From Lama glama (lineage: Eukaryota), in contig CM052818.1 of NCBI GenBank assembly GCA_028534125.1, positions 44,456,001 through 44,520,000 on the forward strand: 64,000 bases of DNA. The letters run 5' to 3'. Shown piece by piece: positions 1-13,296 of the stretch. Under the pieces are notes generated by a model, which had not been told where the DNA came from, searched no databases, and was given only the letters and a program-made list of their open reading frames with translations. A program made the position numbers and the translations under genes. Position 1 is the first letter of the stretch. Every line of letters starts with the position of its first letter.

Positions 1-81
1 TGAGTACTAAACATTGACTATCATTATTTTCTTGAACCCCTCAAAAGCTTCGTTGTCTCTCATTAAATTTATCTCCTTCTA

Positions 82-244
82 TAAGAAACAAATTTCTTCT
101 CTATATACAGTATCTTGTAATAACCTTTAATGAAAAAGAGTAAGAAAATGAATATATATATATTTGCATGGTTGGGACATGATGCTGTACACCAGAAACT
201 GATACACTGTAACCGGCTATATGTCAATTTAAAAATAAAAGAAA
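82..244 (+). mobile_element. 5'-truncated L1 3' end (young, lineage-specific)
   Basis: L1 3'UTR text (tatcttgtaataacc...gctgtacaccagaaactga) and A-rich tail. TSD taaatttatctccttcta (64-81) / taaattaatctgcttcta (245-262), 2 mismatches. Confidence 0.85.
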
Positions 245-939
245 TAAATTAATCTGCTTCTAGTTGTGCCCACTTCCCATGAGTACACACCCATGTTGAG
301 TCCCTCCTCACCTCTGGGCCCTCTGCTGCGGGGAGAGATGGAGTGAAAAGAAGGGGCACGCATCCATGTACCCCAATCTGATGCTACTTTCAAATAAAAG
401 CGCTAGCACAAGCGAGAAGGTTCTTAGTCACCCTAGAACTCCTCCTGACACCTGGATCCTTCTCCTGTCACACTTGCTTCTTTCAATACAGTCTACATCC
501 GGGGCATGAAATGGGAATAAAGAACATTTTAGGGGGGAAAAAAATAAAAAGCAGCTACTCAGTCCAAATACTGATGATCCTGGAATAATGAGCTTTAGGA
601 TCTCAAAGCAGGGGAAATGTTTAGGGTGCGTGCAAGAGATTAGATTGAAACTATCACCTATTTAAAGGAATTTATAAGGCAAGTCAAGGGTTTTGAACTT
701 TATAGAGTAATCATAAAAAGAGGCAACAACTGCTGAGTTCTTACCCTGCCTGATGCCAAATGCCTTACACACATTATCTCAACTCACCGTCACAATACCC
801 ACAAAGCAGGGTTTGTAGTTATCCTCAATTTTCAAATGGAAAAGCTGAAGAGTCAGGAGACTGAAAAATGTTAAATGGTGAAGCTGAGATTCACACCCTA
901 GCCATCTATGTCTGGAGCCAGCCCTCTTCAGATTCTACT

Positions 940-1360
940 GCCTTCTGCAGGTCAGAGGGGCCATCAGAGCGCTTTTAAACAGGAAATTGACATGAAGAGA
1001 CCAGCATTTTCTCTGCTTTTTCTGTAAACTGAGAATAGGCAGAGCTGGGAGAGCTGGAGTCAGGGAGGTCCCTGGCTAATCCAACAGTCCATTCAGAAGG
1101 TGAAGAAGAAAGGAAAGGTTGTCCTAAGGGTGGAGGGGCTGGAAGTACCAGAAACAGATGTGAGAGATTGGATTGATACAGATTGGTGACTGTTTAAATG
1201 TGAGGCCTCAAGTCACCGGCAGGGGCCAAGCACAACTCTTGGGTTTCCAGCTCTGGTGGGTGGAAGCAACAGAGCCTGAAGTCCTCCGTGCAGGAGAAGC
1301 AGGTCTGGGAGGCAAGATGATGAATTCTGTTTGGGGACGCTCACTGACGTTCAAGTGAAG
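940..1360 (-). mobile_element. L2 fragment
   Basis: Antisense L2-like text (gcttttaaacagga...ggagaagcaggtctggga...atgatgaattctgtttggggac). Boundaries approximate. Confidence 0.7.
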
Positions 1361-1974
1361 ACAAAGCAAATTTTGCATACAAAGAGGCAACGGAGTGCAG
1401 GAGGGCACTGGAGCCAGACTGCCTGGCAATGAATCGTAATTTCCAAAAGCTCTGGGACTGAGGGCAAATCAGTTAATGCACGTAAAATACTGCCTGGCAC
1501 ACAGAAAGAAACCAAGAAGTGTTAGCTATTAGTATGATTACACAACCAACTGAAATTAAAATAGGGAGTGGCACAAAGTTGCTCTGAAAGCACTGCTTCC
1601 TCCGTGCACCCCATCTCTGAACCACATCTTAGATGCTGCTGCTTTGAAACTGCTTAGGGGTAGCAGAGGTGCCAAAAGGAATTAAAGAAACCCACCTGAA
1701 ACAGGTCCCTTCCACTGCGTTCCTAAGGTCAGCCCTGTTCCCCTCAGTCCACAGGGGCAGAAGCGCCTCTATTTTCATATTTTGCTCTTTGCTTATTCTG
1801 CTGGGTGGGGTAATCATGTCATATTTGAATTTGGAACTAACTCTTCTAGGCAACTTTTTAGATGTGACTGAGTCAGTCCTGGCCTCATCAGTGGGAAAAC
1901 CGCACCCTCCTGAACTTCAACCAGTTTTGCTGACTTACGTTCCCCATGGAGAAAGTGCAAAGGTGGAGAATTAA

Positions 1975-2185
1975 CATTTACTAAGAACTGACACTGGGGA
2001 GAGCACTTTATACACCTCATCTATATAAGCCATCTATTCCTCATAGTGGACTGTAACGTTGGCAGTCAGATAGGGAAAATGAGGCACAGGGAGATGACAT
2101 CACCCTTCCAAGTCTCCCAGCTGGTAAGTGGCTCCTAACCCCAGTCACCTGACTCCATCGCTCCCTGCAGTCTGACATCACAGTT
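1975..2185 (-). mobile_element. MIR SINE
   Basis: MIR core in antisense (agatagggaaaatgaggcacagggaga...ctggtaagtggc). Confidence 0.75.
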
Positions 2186-2929
2186 CGCCATCGGTGGCGA
2201 GGCTGATTAACCTGTCCTAAAATGCCATGTCACATTGCCAGTAATTTCCACTAAAAGATGATGCTTACTAAAGGGTGAGAGACCCAGCGATCATAGTTTT
2301 CCCATGCTTAAATCGCTGAACTGCACAGACAGCTCACCCACTGCTGTTATACTCACTGAGCTCCTTCCATCAGTGCCCCACAGGGTTTTCTAGGTGTTGG
2401 GCCCTGTAATAAAATAACTGAAAGTGATGACAAACTTAAAGTATGACGTGGAACAATGTGCAAAGAGATACAACCACCTAGCTACAAAGAACCATCTGGT
2501 TTAAAATTTTTTATTTAAATATTGACTAAATCTAATCTAGTTTCCCTGAGCAGGGATTCCCCCACATTTGTCTTAGTGTCAGAGGGCCTCTGGCCCTCGC
2601 TATGTCCCATAGTCTTTCCAGTTTTGCCAACTGCAAGACAAGCTGCCTGGGATCCTTCCCATGAAATAAGACCAGTTCCCCTAGTCCACCTCCGTCCTCA
2701 TTTCAACCAAGACAACACCACAGCATTTGCCACCCCATGAATCTAACTCTCTCATCCTTTAGCAGCTCTTAATAACCATTCCATCTCTTCATTCCCTGAG
2801 CTACGCGCTCCTAGCTTGGGTCCTGAGAGATCCGTGTGTGTGATGTATGTTTCTTTCTTACTGTGCTTGTTTGGGATGGATGCTTAAGTCTACCAGTTTC
2901 ATAAAGAGATTGATTCTTTTTTCCTGCCT

Positions 2930-3525
2930 GAATATTTCCAGATTTCTGCTTCCAGCAATAGAAGATTCACTTATTTCAAAACAATCCTCCTTCCAAGACA
3001 ACCAGAAAAGCTAGACAAATTTTTTTTAATACATTTGAAGGTATTGGAAGACCACTAAGGGAGAAAAGATTTCCGGGTCTAAAAGTCTGAAAAGAAGGGA
3101 AGCCAAGAGAGGGGAATTACAATATTTGGCTAGTTTTTGTTCTTGATCAGAAAGCTGGCAGTGAGAAGCTGAGAACTGCAGAGATTTCGACAGTCTCAAG
3201 GAGAAAAGGTCTGGTACCACCCGGGCTTCGTGTTGGAACCCCAGAAAGGTGACACCTGAGGGACAAGAATGAACAAAACCCAACTAGTTACAAAAACACC
3301 TTAAAAACAAGGATGCAAAAAGGACAAGAGTAAAAAGAAAGAAAAAAATACTTCATGCAAACACTAACCAAAATAAATATGGATTCACTGTGTGACCATA
3401 AAACAAAGTCACTTTGGCTATAAAGCAAAAGAAAAAAAACCCTAGAAATAAGGAGAGCAGTTTCATGACAATGAAAAAAAGTGAATCCATCAGGAAAATA
3501 TAAAAATGCAAAGTCTGCAATGCCC
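2930..3525 (+). mobile_element. Old L1 (L1M) fragments: 5' region plus degenerate ORF2 endonuclease
   Basis: 3310-3525 translates to degenerate KDAKRTRVKRKKKILHANTNQNK..., resembling L1 EN KDTxRLKVKGWKKIYHANTNQKKAG. Confidence 0.7.
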
Positions 3526-3780
3526 TGTATCAGTCAGGGTTTGTACAGAAGTGAGAGGCCTCACCAGAAAATGGAGCTGAGTGATCAGTTAAGTGAAAAG
3601 TGGTGAAGAGCTCACTGGGGAAGCAGGTGGTGCCGCAGAGCTGAGAGATGAGCTGGGGGAAGAGCGGGGAGCTCAGGGGAAGACCCGTGGGCTGAGGGGA
3701 AGCCCAGGGAGCCCCCGCAGGAATGCCTGGACCCACTCTTACCTCTGAAATCTACCCAGATGCAGGGTCTCCATCATGGA

Positions 3781-3828
3781 GACAGATAGAAAGATAGGTA
3801 GGTAGGTAGGTAGGTAGATAGACAGATA
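3781..3828. repeat. (TAGG)n/(TAGA)n tetranucleotide microsatellite
   Basis: Directly visible: gataggtaggtaggtaggtaggtagatagacagata. Confidence 0.9.
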
Positions 3829-6423
3829 ATGATAAGAATGATATTTTTCTGGAAATTATTCAAGAGTCCATCACAGAAAATAGACTTTTTTCCTCTTTTA
3901 ATTTTGTCACACTTTCTTCCTGAGAAGATCCTTACAAAACAGCAGTACTTTGAGAACTGTTCTTCCACAAATTCATTTCCTTTTTCTTTTTTTAACTCTT
4001 GGCCACCAAGACCTCCTGGAGCCTCCCTCATCTAATACAGGACCTCAGGACCGTCCCCATGGTCCTCAGAAAGCCGGTCCAAATGAAAGCCACAGGCAGG
4101 CACTACAGGTCAAATGAAACGTGCACAGAACTCATTACAGACGAGGGAGAGTCCAGCTCCCAGCCACTGGGTGCTGTTGGCAGCTTGGGAACAGCTGGGA
4201 GGAGGCAGGCCAGGGCAAGGGGGCCCTGCCCGAGCTGACACCCGCCGGCCCCTCAGACATCGCATGGAGCTCCAGATGCAGACAGCAGGCTGCATCTGGA
4301 GCTCCATGCCTTAATCACAATGTTGTTTCTCTCTTTGGGGTTCAATTCCGTGCTTGGCATCTTTGGTGCAATTCTTCTCAGCTTCCATGCAACCTTTGGA
4401 AATCTTCCGCCTGGCTTGGATTCCCCAGGGTTATATGAACAGCTTAAAAGATGGACAAGGCCTAGAAAACTCTCAGGGGGCTCCCACGACCCATGACCAG
4501 GGTCTTAGGCTCCTGGTTGCAGGGTGGCTTCCTTGACACCCACTCAACTGGCCACCCCTAAAGGAACAACAGACAAATGTGCTAGATGGACACTTTTCCC
4601 CCCTCTTCTCTACCATGACCTCTTTCCTACTGGGGCTGACAAAAGAAACAGAGAAGTGGGTTCTCAGATCTGTTCTTCCAGTGGTGGCTGCCACAGCATC
4701 AGCCTCGAATGCTTTCTTTCCTTAAACACCACCGTCACCAACCAGAGCAGATGCCAGAGCTCCCACCATTAGAAACTCTTCACTCTGGTCTCAGAAACCA
4801 TTTATTTCCAGATTCTTTGTTCAAACCAAAATATCCTAACACTTTGAGACAGCATTTCCCAAAGTGAGCTCCTAAGAACATTCTCCAAAATGTTCTTAGA
4901 AAAATAGACCCATGGTCTAAAAAGGAACAAAAAAAGTGGCATATCACATGTCTTTCCTGAAGGTCATGATGCAATTAACATGTTAAAGGCTCTAAGGATC
5001 CCACAGTAAATAAAATCATTTCATCATGTTTCATAATGTTTCCCAAAAAGATCTGTTCATGAAACCCTATGTTGTTTTTCCAGCTATAAACATCTCCCAA
5101 AACAGACAGAGCTTTCTTTGGAAAATCTGATTTAAAGCCATCAATTTGCAATAACAGAGAAGGGTGTCCAGACTGCTGGACTCAAAGTCAGGAAAATGTG
5201 ACCTCCCAGCCATGAACGTCCAGTTCTGGGATCCTGAACAGGTCTCAAGACATTCTGATCTTTCACTTTGCCAAAGAGGAAATAATAACAGTAACCTCAA
5301 AAGTTTTGTTGTGACATACACGTTATGAATATAGTTTATAGATAGTAAAGGGTAATTCAAGTGTTAACATCAGCATAGCTCTGACCCTTTCCAACTATGA
5401 TTTCCATGCCTGTCATTTGGCCTCAGTAGCTTCGTAGTGGCCCAGAGGAGCTGGGAGGCAGGCTTTGCAAAGTGCGTGGGTTTGAAGGAGGTGGTACAGA
5501 GCCAAGTGAATGAGGACCCACCAGGAGGAAGCCACCACACCTGTGGCTCCCAGCCAGTCTCTGTCTCCAGGTTGACTCTCTCTGCCTCCATGCAATGGGA
5601 AACAGGGAGCTGAAACAAGACATGGGGGTAGGAGGGCGGGGTTAAGCTAAATGGAGCCCACAGACCTTGACACACACATGTGGAAGGGAAACATGATCAG
5701 GACAAGGTCTCCAGTGCAGATCAAGTTCCAGTTCTGACCATAAGGGGCTCTGGGCAAACACACGGGAAGTCAGCCCATCTCATTCCACTCAGCACTGAGC
5801 TTGAGGTCAACAGGGATGCAGCTGATGGAGTCAAAAGACACACACAGCACGGGCAGGAGACTAATTCTGCACCCACAACGATGCTGCAAAGAAGCATCTC
5901 GGAGCCTTAATGATGGCCATGGCCCCACAATCCCAGTCTGCCCATCGCCCTATCTGCCAGATCTATTTACTTGTTTCTATTGTTAAATAGAAGGGGAGCC
6001 CTTGGCCCCAGGGGCATTCACATCTGGATCCCCAGAATCTAACGACTTATTTAACAAATCACATGTTTGAGGAGGGATCTGTGCTTTTGTCAAGCAGAGC
6101 AGGGCCATTCCCTGAGCTCTGTGCAGAGAAAAAATCTTTCTCCCCTCTTCTCTGATAACCTCCAACTAACACCTAGAGACCAGAAAATCACACCCATTCT
6201 CCACAGCCCAGATGCTACGTGAGAGTTCCCAAGAGATCCCATCTGATCTGAAAAATGCCCAAATGTTCTTGCCATTTTACAGTGGGCACAGCCCTGCTCT
6301 AACCAAACCAGGCCCCAAAAGCTAGACAGCAAATGCCACTTCAGCACAGATGCCTGGATTCAAAATGTCACTCCACAAGCAACTCCTAGTATAATCCTTT
6401 CTACTTCTGGCTTGTAGCACCTA

Positions 6424-6961
6424 TGTCCTTTAATTTCTCCATTCTGATGCTCTGATATCTTGGGGTCTTGCTGATCCTGGAGGAACTGCCCCTCATAGGG
6501 TTAGCAGTTTCTAGAGACCCTCAATGAGTCTCTAGAGAGCTTGACTTTCAAATGCAAACCAACCAAATCAGAGCCCACATCCCACCACCTCCTGGGTCAG
6601 GCTCTCACACTCCAAGCCACTCTCCACCTGCCCTAATCACGCAAGGGCCAGGTACGAGCCAATTAGGGAGGGAGAGCCCCTACACCCCAGAGCCCACTGA
6701 AACTATTCAAAGTAGGCAATCTGAAACCCGCTCACCCTGCCTGTCCATTTCTTTCTTACGGAAACCATAGTAAAGGCTCTTGCCCACAATTTTCCCCTTT
6801 CCCTCTGACTCCTCACTGACCTCATGTGGCCACCCCATGGTATGGCCTGCCCTTCCTCTTGGGATTTGTGAATATAACAAACTATCTTATCAATGGCAGG
6901 CATTTCCTGATCTGTTGGCTCTGCCATACCTAAATAATAATAAAATCCATATTTCAAGACA
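6424..6961 (+). mobile_element. ERVL solo LTR, MER74-like
   Basis: TG...CA ends. 5' text tgatgctctgatatcttggggtcttgctgatcctggaggaactgcccctc matches the MER74 type as I recall it. Confidence 0.75.
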
Positions 6962-7539
6962 AATGTTTCCAAAAACTGTAACCTAATTCTCATTCATTAG
7001 AACTGATCGAGCATCAGAGAGTGGTCCGCGAAACAGACAATGAACTTAACCCAGTAAAAATTCTACATCAGATAACAAAGAGTGAAAGACCCGTGGTTGT
7101 GGGTGACAGGGAGATGGCAACTCCTCCTGCCCCAACACCGAAGGAAAGCAATCCTGCAAACACATCTGCCTCAGCCTCCAGGCTGTGTTTCCTCTGCCAG
7201 CGCTCAGTAGGCATTCTGTGAGGATTACTGCCCACGTGGGTGTGTTTCTGATGTTTTTGTGGGAGAGGGCAAGCTCCGTGTCCATCTATTCCGCCATCCT
7301 GAAGCCCCCCAGACTGTGCGTTTCTCAAAGGCCGGGATGAAAGCTAACTCTTCCACGCGTCATCAGCTCCACTGGGTTTCTAGTCTTGCCCTTGCCCTAA
7401 GCGGGTTTCTTAGGACCCGTTGGGGGAAAAAACCTGGTGACTTCATGTGCAGCTACTCATATGTGGTGAGAAAGACAGACAGACTCATGCCTCCCAGAGT
7501 ATACACCCCAGTGTCTCTGATGTGTGAATATTGTTTAAT

Positions 7540-9070
7540 AATGCAGGCATTAAGCTTAACATCATTCAGCACCTCTGAGGTCTCCAAACTCAGTCAGGCC
7601 CTCATGGAGGCTCAGTGATCCTGCCATGTTTAACCCATCAAACTCCCATGTCATCACCCTTGTTGGTTGTTACAAACCTTCTCTGTCCTAGTCCAGCTCC
7701 TCCCCTCCCTGGCTCCGCCACCCTATCTCAGTAGATAATCTTTTCAAATATTTCACTGAGAAAATTGAGACTATCAGAAATGAACTCTCAGTGGAGGAGG
7801 GGAAGAGGGTGGGCATAGCTCAGTGGCAGAGTGAGTGCCTAGCATGCATGAGGTCCTGAGTTCAATCCTCAGTACCTCCATTAAAATAAATAAATAAATG
7901 AAAGCCTAATTACCTCCTCCATAAATTAATTAATTGGTTAAAAAAAGACGCGAACTCTCAAATTCCTGCCCCTGTCTTTGAACCTGTCTGTGCGCATTTG
8001 CTCCCATCCCCACTCTCTTCTCCTGACTCAGAGGAAGTGTCCCCCTTCTACTTCAGAGTCAGCCCTTCATCTACACCGCAACGTTGTGTCATCACTCCTC
8101 TCTTCTATTTATCCTCTTCTCTGCTAATTTCTTAACATCTGTGTCTGATCGAACGTCAGATTTTTTAAAAACTCATTCAACAAATATTCAGTACTTATTG
8201 AAAGACACTATACTAGCAATCTAACACTCACTTCTCACCCACAGATGTCTTACCAAAAGTAGACAGACAGACAAGCAAACAAAAGCCACCCTCTGATTGG
8301 GCCGGGCCCCCAAGGGGAGTGAGTGCAGGGGGCTGTGGGCACAGGAAGATGGGATGATATCCCAGTGGGTGTGAGACAGAAGAGCTCCCAGAGGAGGTGA
8401 AGCTAGATCCATGCCTTGACCCCGTGTTCTGGTGTAGCAATCACCTACGCCCTCATCACTTGCATAAACATGTTCCAAAAAAATATAGTCCACTCTGAAT
8501 ATTTCCACTTCTCCAACCACCTCTCCATTCACTTCCAATTAATATGGCTTCTGAGACAACTTTTCCAATGAAGCTACCTCCTTGGAGGTCGCTAGTCACA
8601 TAAGACTTTCTATACCAATGGACATTTTTCACTACCTGTGTCTTACTTGATCTCCCTGAAGCATTTTAACACTGCACCTGTCTTTTCCTTTGGCTTCCGA
8701 AGTGCCTCTCTTAGGTCTCTTCCTGTCTCTTTTATCTATTTGTCCTTCTCTATCTCCACCATGGACCTCTCTTTTAATAAGAACAATTTTAACTCCTGAC
8801 ATTCCCCAAGGTCTCTTCTTGGCCCTCTTCCCTTTTCCCTGCACTGTTCCTGGATATTCACTGTATCTGTTTGATTCCCACATGCCCTCAGTTCACAGCT
8901 CATTCATGACTTTCTGACCAAATAAAATCTCCCTGCCACACCCTCTGATGACACTACACACCTCCCCTTCATAGCCCTCACCCCGATCTAATTTTGCATT
9001 TATTTATGTGGCTGTTTGCTTAAGAGCTCCCCTTCAAAGAGACTGAAATTCCATCTAGGCACTCTGCCCA
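7540..9070 (+). mobile_element. Fragmented L2 (host of the SINE at 7791)
   Basis: L2-like text (tatttcactgagaaaattgagactatcaga; tcttacttgatctccctgaagcattttaacactg; gactgaaattccat). Boundaries approximate. Confidence 0.65.
7791..7945 (+). mobile_element. tRNA-derived SINE, camelid vic-1-like
   Basis: A box (tagctcagtgg), B box (agttcaatcc), cctaattacctcc 3' motif and A-rich tail. TSD core gaactctca at 7782-7790 and 7952-7960. Confidence 0.88.
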
Positions 9071-9889
9071 AAATTGCATGATATTTAAATAATTTATGGC
9101 ATGCATACTTAATGAAATATTATACAACTAGTGAGAAGTCATCCCAGAAAAAAATCAATGACTTGGAAAAATATTACATGGTACGTTAAATATTATAAAA
9201 GCATATTGCAAAACAATACCTATAGTATGATCCCAACAGCAGTAAGACTTACAAATGGAAGTTAATTTATGGGAAGATCTGCCTGCTTAATATTTCCCTG
9301 GACTCATTTTTTTTTTTTGGCTGAGCACCTCCTATATGACAAATTGACTAGCTGTATTGAAATCTGTTACTATATTAATACACACAAATCCAGACAGGTG
9401 TTAGAAATTGAAGCAGATTTTCTTTGCTTACCAGTGAGTTATAAAGGTCCAGAGTTGTGGGCAAAGGGTTCCAAGTCAGCTTCTGTTTCCTTTGCAGTAA
9501 GTTCTGCATTCAGTCCACTAACATTTATTGCATAGCCCCAGCTAGGCACTGGGGGTATAGAAACAAATTGGATGCATTCTCTTAGCACAAGATGGGTACA
9601 GTCTAGTGAGGGGGTCATACAGGTAAACAAAAAGGCAAATAAGAGTTACAGGTGCTGTAACAGAAGTTCATGGGGGCACAAGGTAGGGATGTCATTTGCC
9701 CAGAGAAGCAGATTTTGAGTACAGAGCCACTAGGAAGGCTCGGGGGATGATACAACAAGACTCAGGTGTGTGTGGTACTCCACAGATTTCAAAGTTGTTT
9801 TCACCTTCTTTATTCTATCAGCTTGTATCCATCCATGTGATCAAGGCTAGTACTACTATGCCCATTTTAATTTTGCAGATAAGGAAATA

Positions 9890-10090
9890 ATAGCTAAACC
9901 TCAAACAGCATTCACTAGGCATTTTACAAGTGTTAATTTCGTGTAATCCCCATTAGAAGGAGGCAGAAACCACTCTTATTCTCGGTTTACAGATAAGGAC
10001 AGAGACAGAGAGAGGTTAAGCAATTTGCCCAGCTCATCAGTGGAGATGTAGATTTAAAGTATAGACTGTGTGATGCCAGGGCCAGTGCCC
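9890..10090 (-). mobile_element. MIR SINE
   Basis: tttacagataaggacagagacagagagaggttaagcaatttgcccag is the antisense MIR core. Confidence 0.75.
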
Positions 10091-13000
10091 CAGAGGAGAA
10101 CTCGGTGTTTCCCTCAGGGCCAGGAAGCAGGGAAGAGGCAAATCCTGCACAAAAATCCAGATACTCAGGCTCAAAGCCCAGTGCTACCTCCACTCCTCCT
10201 GAGATGGAACAATTCTCAGAGAGTCTGAAAAACCCAGAAACAAAGAAAGGAGAGGGAGGGAGGCAGCTCACTAACTTTTGCTGAGAGTCTGTTTCTGTGC
10301 CAGGCGCTGTCCATGGCAGGGCACCAACACTCTGACTTAGTCGTTACTACAGCCCTGGAAGGCTGTGGGCATGATTTTTCTCATCTGCACGAAGGAGGCA
10401 TGGTTTGAGAGGAGGAGCGATTTGGTACCGCGAGTCCCACCTCTACAGGCAGTGCCCACGAGGTCAAGTGCCCTCCAGACAGTGGGGTTTTGCCCCTTCT
10501 GCACTCAGTGCCCAAGGAGAAGCACTGCCAAGGCCCACATGGGCAGACATGCCCCCTAGAAGGGCCTGCCACATGCCCCATGCTGGGAAACAGAGATGAA
10601 GCCTGGTGTCCACCCTGGAGGAGGTCCCAGCATGGGAAGGGGTCCTGGCTGTCCCTTCAGCATCCTGTGCTCCCCCACCCCTCCCTCCTTGACGCAGGAA
10701 ACAGGAGAGGAAACACCACGGCACAAGAGCAGGGCCTCTGCTCACGTTCCAGCAAGGCTGACTCCAGATGCTTCTAGCGCACCTTTGTTCAGGGTCAGGG
10801 CAAGTCTGGGGAGAAGCTGTCTGGGTTACACGCAGACCCACAGAGGGTACAGGCTGCCCAGGGGATTCCTGCAAGCCAGGCCCAGCTTCAGAAACTCTCC
10901 TCTCCTCTGTACCTACCCACTCCCAGCTCCCATCCCCTACCCCCATCCCCCACCCTACCCCCAACCCCAGGCCCAGGGGCCTTGGCATGTACTCTTCCCT
11001 GCTTTGCAACCAGCCTCAGGAACTGCTGCGTGTATCTCATGCAGAGGGACAAGAACTGTGTCCTCCCTCAGTGATCTGGGCTCTCCACTTCCAAGTCATG
11101 TTCTGCATGTGATGAGATATACTAAAAAAGACAAGATGTGGAGGAAATTGTGCAACCTAGCATCATCGCAGGGGAGAAGAGAGGAGTTCAACTATGTTGT
11201 GGGTTATCTTGGCTGGAATCCCACCCAGGATGCGGATGCCTCTGCCCTTAACCAAAGGAGCGTGTCTGCCCTGCCAGCGACGTAGGGACACGCTCACCCC
11301 TGCCCGGAAGACCCGAACGTTTCCACAGGCAGCCATGGCTTAGGCTGCAAATCTTTCAATCTTTCTGCTCCTTTTCAAAAACAGAGACGGAGTCAGCCAA
11401 ACCCTAAAGAGATTTAGAAGAGAAGCCTAAAGGCTAATAGATTTTACTCTTGGGATGCACAGTTCCTCAAGCCTGGCAATTAGTTTAACTAGAATTGAGG
11501 CCCTTTGAAACCGCCACCCCTCCCTTCTGACCCAAACAAAAATAAGCCTGGTTCAGGTTCCATTTTGAGTGCAGCTAGACTGCTCCAAACACTCAACATC
11601 TCAAGAAGGTACTCTCTCCATTCAAATGGCTTCTAATCTGCTCCTTCAAAAAGTTCTGGAATGTTCTATTATTGACTTGCGATGTTAATGCATTTACAAT
11701 CTCCATTAAGCACTACTTTGGAAAATGTATTCTAAGTCATGATGCTAGATATGTCACGTATATTATTTGATTTAGTCATCACAAGAAGCCCTTTTTTCAG
11801 CCCTAGTAACGTAAGTTTGAAAACTCACCCCAAGCTAATGCAATCAGTAACTGGTGGACATGGGTCCATCTACTTCTCTTGGTTAAATTTACTAAACAGT
11901 TAATTGTAGCATAACTACAGACAATGCATGTATTGTTTAATACACAGAAGGTTTCTTTTATTACCACAGCCAACCCCCGGTACAGAACAGGGTCTCTCAG
12001 ACTGTGGCCCAGCTTCTACTGACTTTCCTCACTTATTTCTGTAGCATCCCTAGCTCTAGGGAGGTCATTCCCATCTGGTCTCCACTCAGTGGCCCCATCT
12101 TCAAACACGATCTGTGTAGACACCGATCACTCAAGATGCAGATATGAAGTGCTGAGTCACCAACAGCAACATGTCTGCATTCTGGCCACTTTTAGCCCCA
12201 ACTGCTCTGACCCAACTTTGTCCAGTACTAGGATCAAAGGCACGGTTTCTTCACCACACACACACTACCCTTTGCTAGGTCTGCACAACTATCTGCTGTG
12301 ATAAATAGAGTATTTTTATTCTCATTTTATAAACAATGAAATCAGGATTCCAAGCATGCAAGAGGGCCCCCGGGGCTGTTTTATCACCTTGCACTTTGTA
12401 CTTACAACTCTTCTTGTTTACAAACTATCACAATCACAAGGTAACATTTTTCACCTCCCAACATAGGTTGCCTTTTTTGTTGACTTTACTGATCTTCTCA
12501 ATGTCCTCTAGGTTTTGGTGAAAATGCAGGCACTATTGAAAATTAGGACACCTCTTTTAGGCATAAATGAGACATTATTTTGGTTAATTACTATTTCTTG
12601 AGGATCTTCCATAAGCCAAGCACTGCCCTGGGTACTAGATACAAAGAAAAATACAAGTCACTGATTCTAGGGAACTCAGGAGCTAACGGGGAAGAGAGAA
12701 GGAGAGAGAAAACCGAAAACTCAAGACTGCTAAGCTATCCACATGAGGAAAACACAAAGCACCAGTCATCAGGAGCCAAAGAATTTGATGTCAGCTTACC
12801 CAGGAAGTCAATTTCTGGCACATGACATGTAATACATAAATATGCTCAATGAAGCACAACTTTTAATTACTCATTAAATAATTAATTGCTTGAATTATTC
12901 CAAAGCAATGTATCTGGCCAATAATTTGAACCACTAAATAATTTATGGCACATTTACTCAGTAAAGAATTTTGCTTCTGTTTTTAAAAAATGGTGCTTAT

Positions 13001-13107
13001 AAAGTTTTTTTTAATACCAGGAGGAAATGCTTATGTTATATTAAGTGAAAAAACAATGAATTATACTATGCTTAAAACATATATTTTAAAAAATGGAAGA
13101 CAGGAAC

Positions 13108-13296
13108 CAGGTGAGTACTGACAAATGGCAAGTAAAATAAGCCTTTGGTTTGTAGTGTGTGCCGATGTAAATATTCCCACCGTGACCTCTTTCAAGCTGC
13201 CAATATGATATCACTACGTCTTTGAACACGAAATGAGGAATAAATGCACCTGGTCGGCTTTCCCAAGGTTGAATCAGCCAGCTTCAGAACTACTGG
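13108..13296 (-). mobile_element. MER63-like hAT DNA transposon
   Basis: tgtaaatattcccaccgtgacc...tttcaagctgccaatatgatatcact...gccagcttcagaactactg resembles the reverse complement of MER63. Confidence 0.7.

Noticed and set aside
1669..1974. 101-aa ORF with a hydrophobic stretch
   Set aside because: The hydrophobic run comes from a T-rich tract; non-ATG start, weak donor and no recognised protein.
10464..11285. Overlapping 181- and 229-aa ORFs
   Set aside because: GC-rich, low-complexity sequence with ORFs on both strands and no recognisable protein or exon structure.
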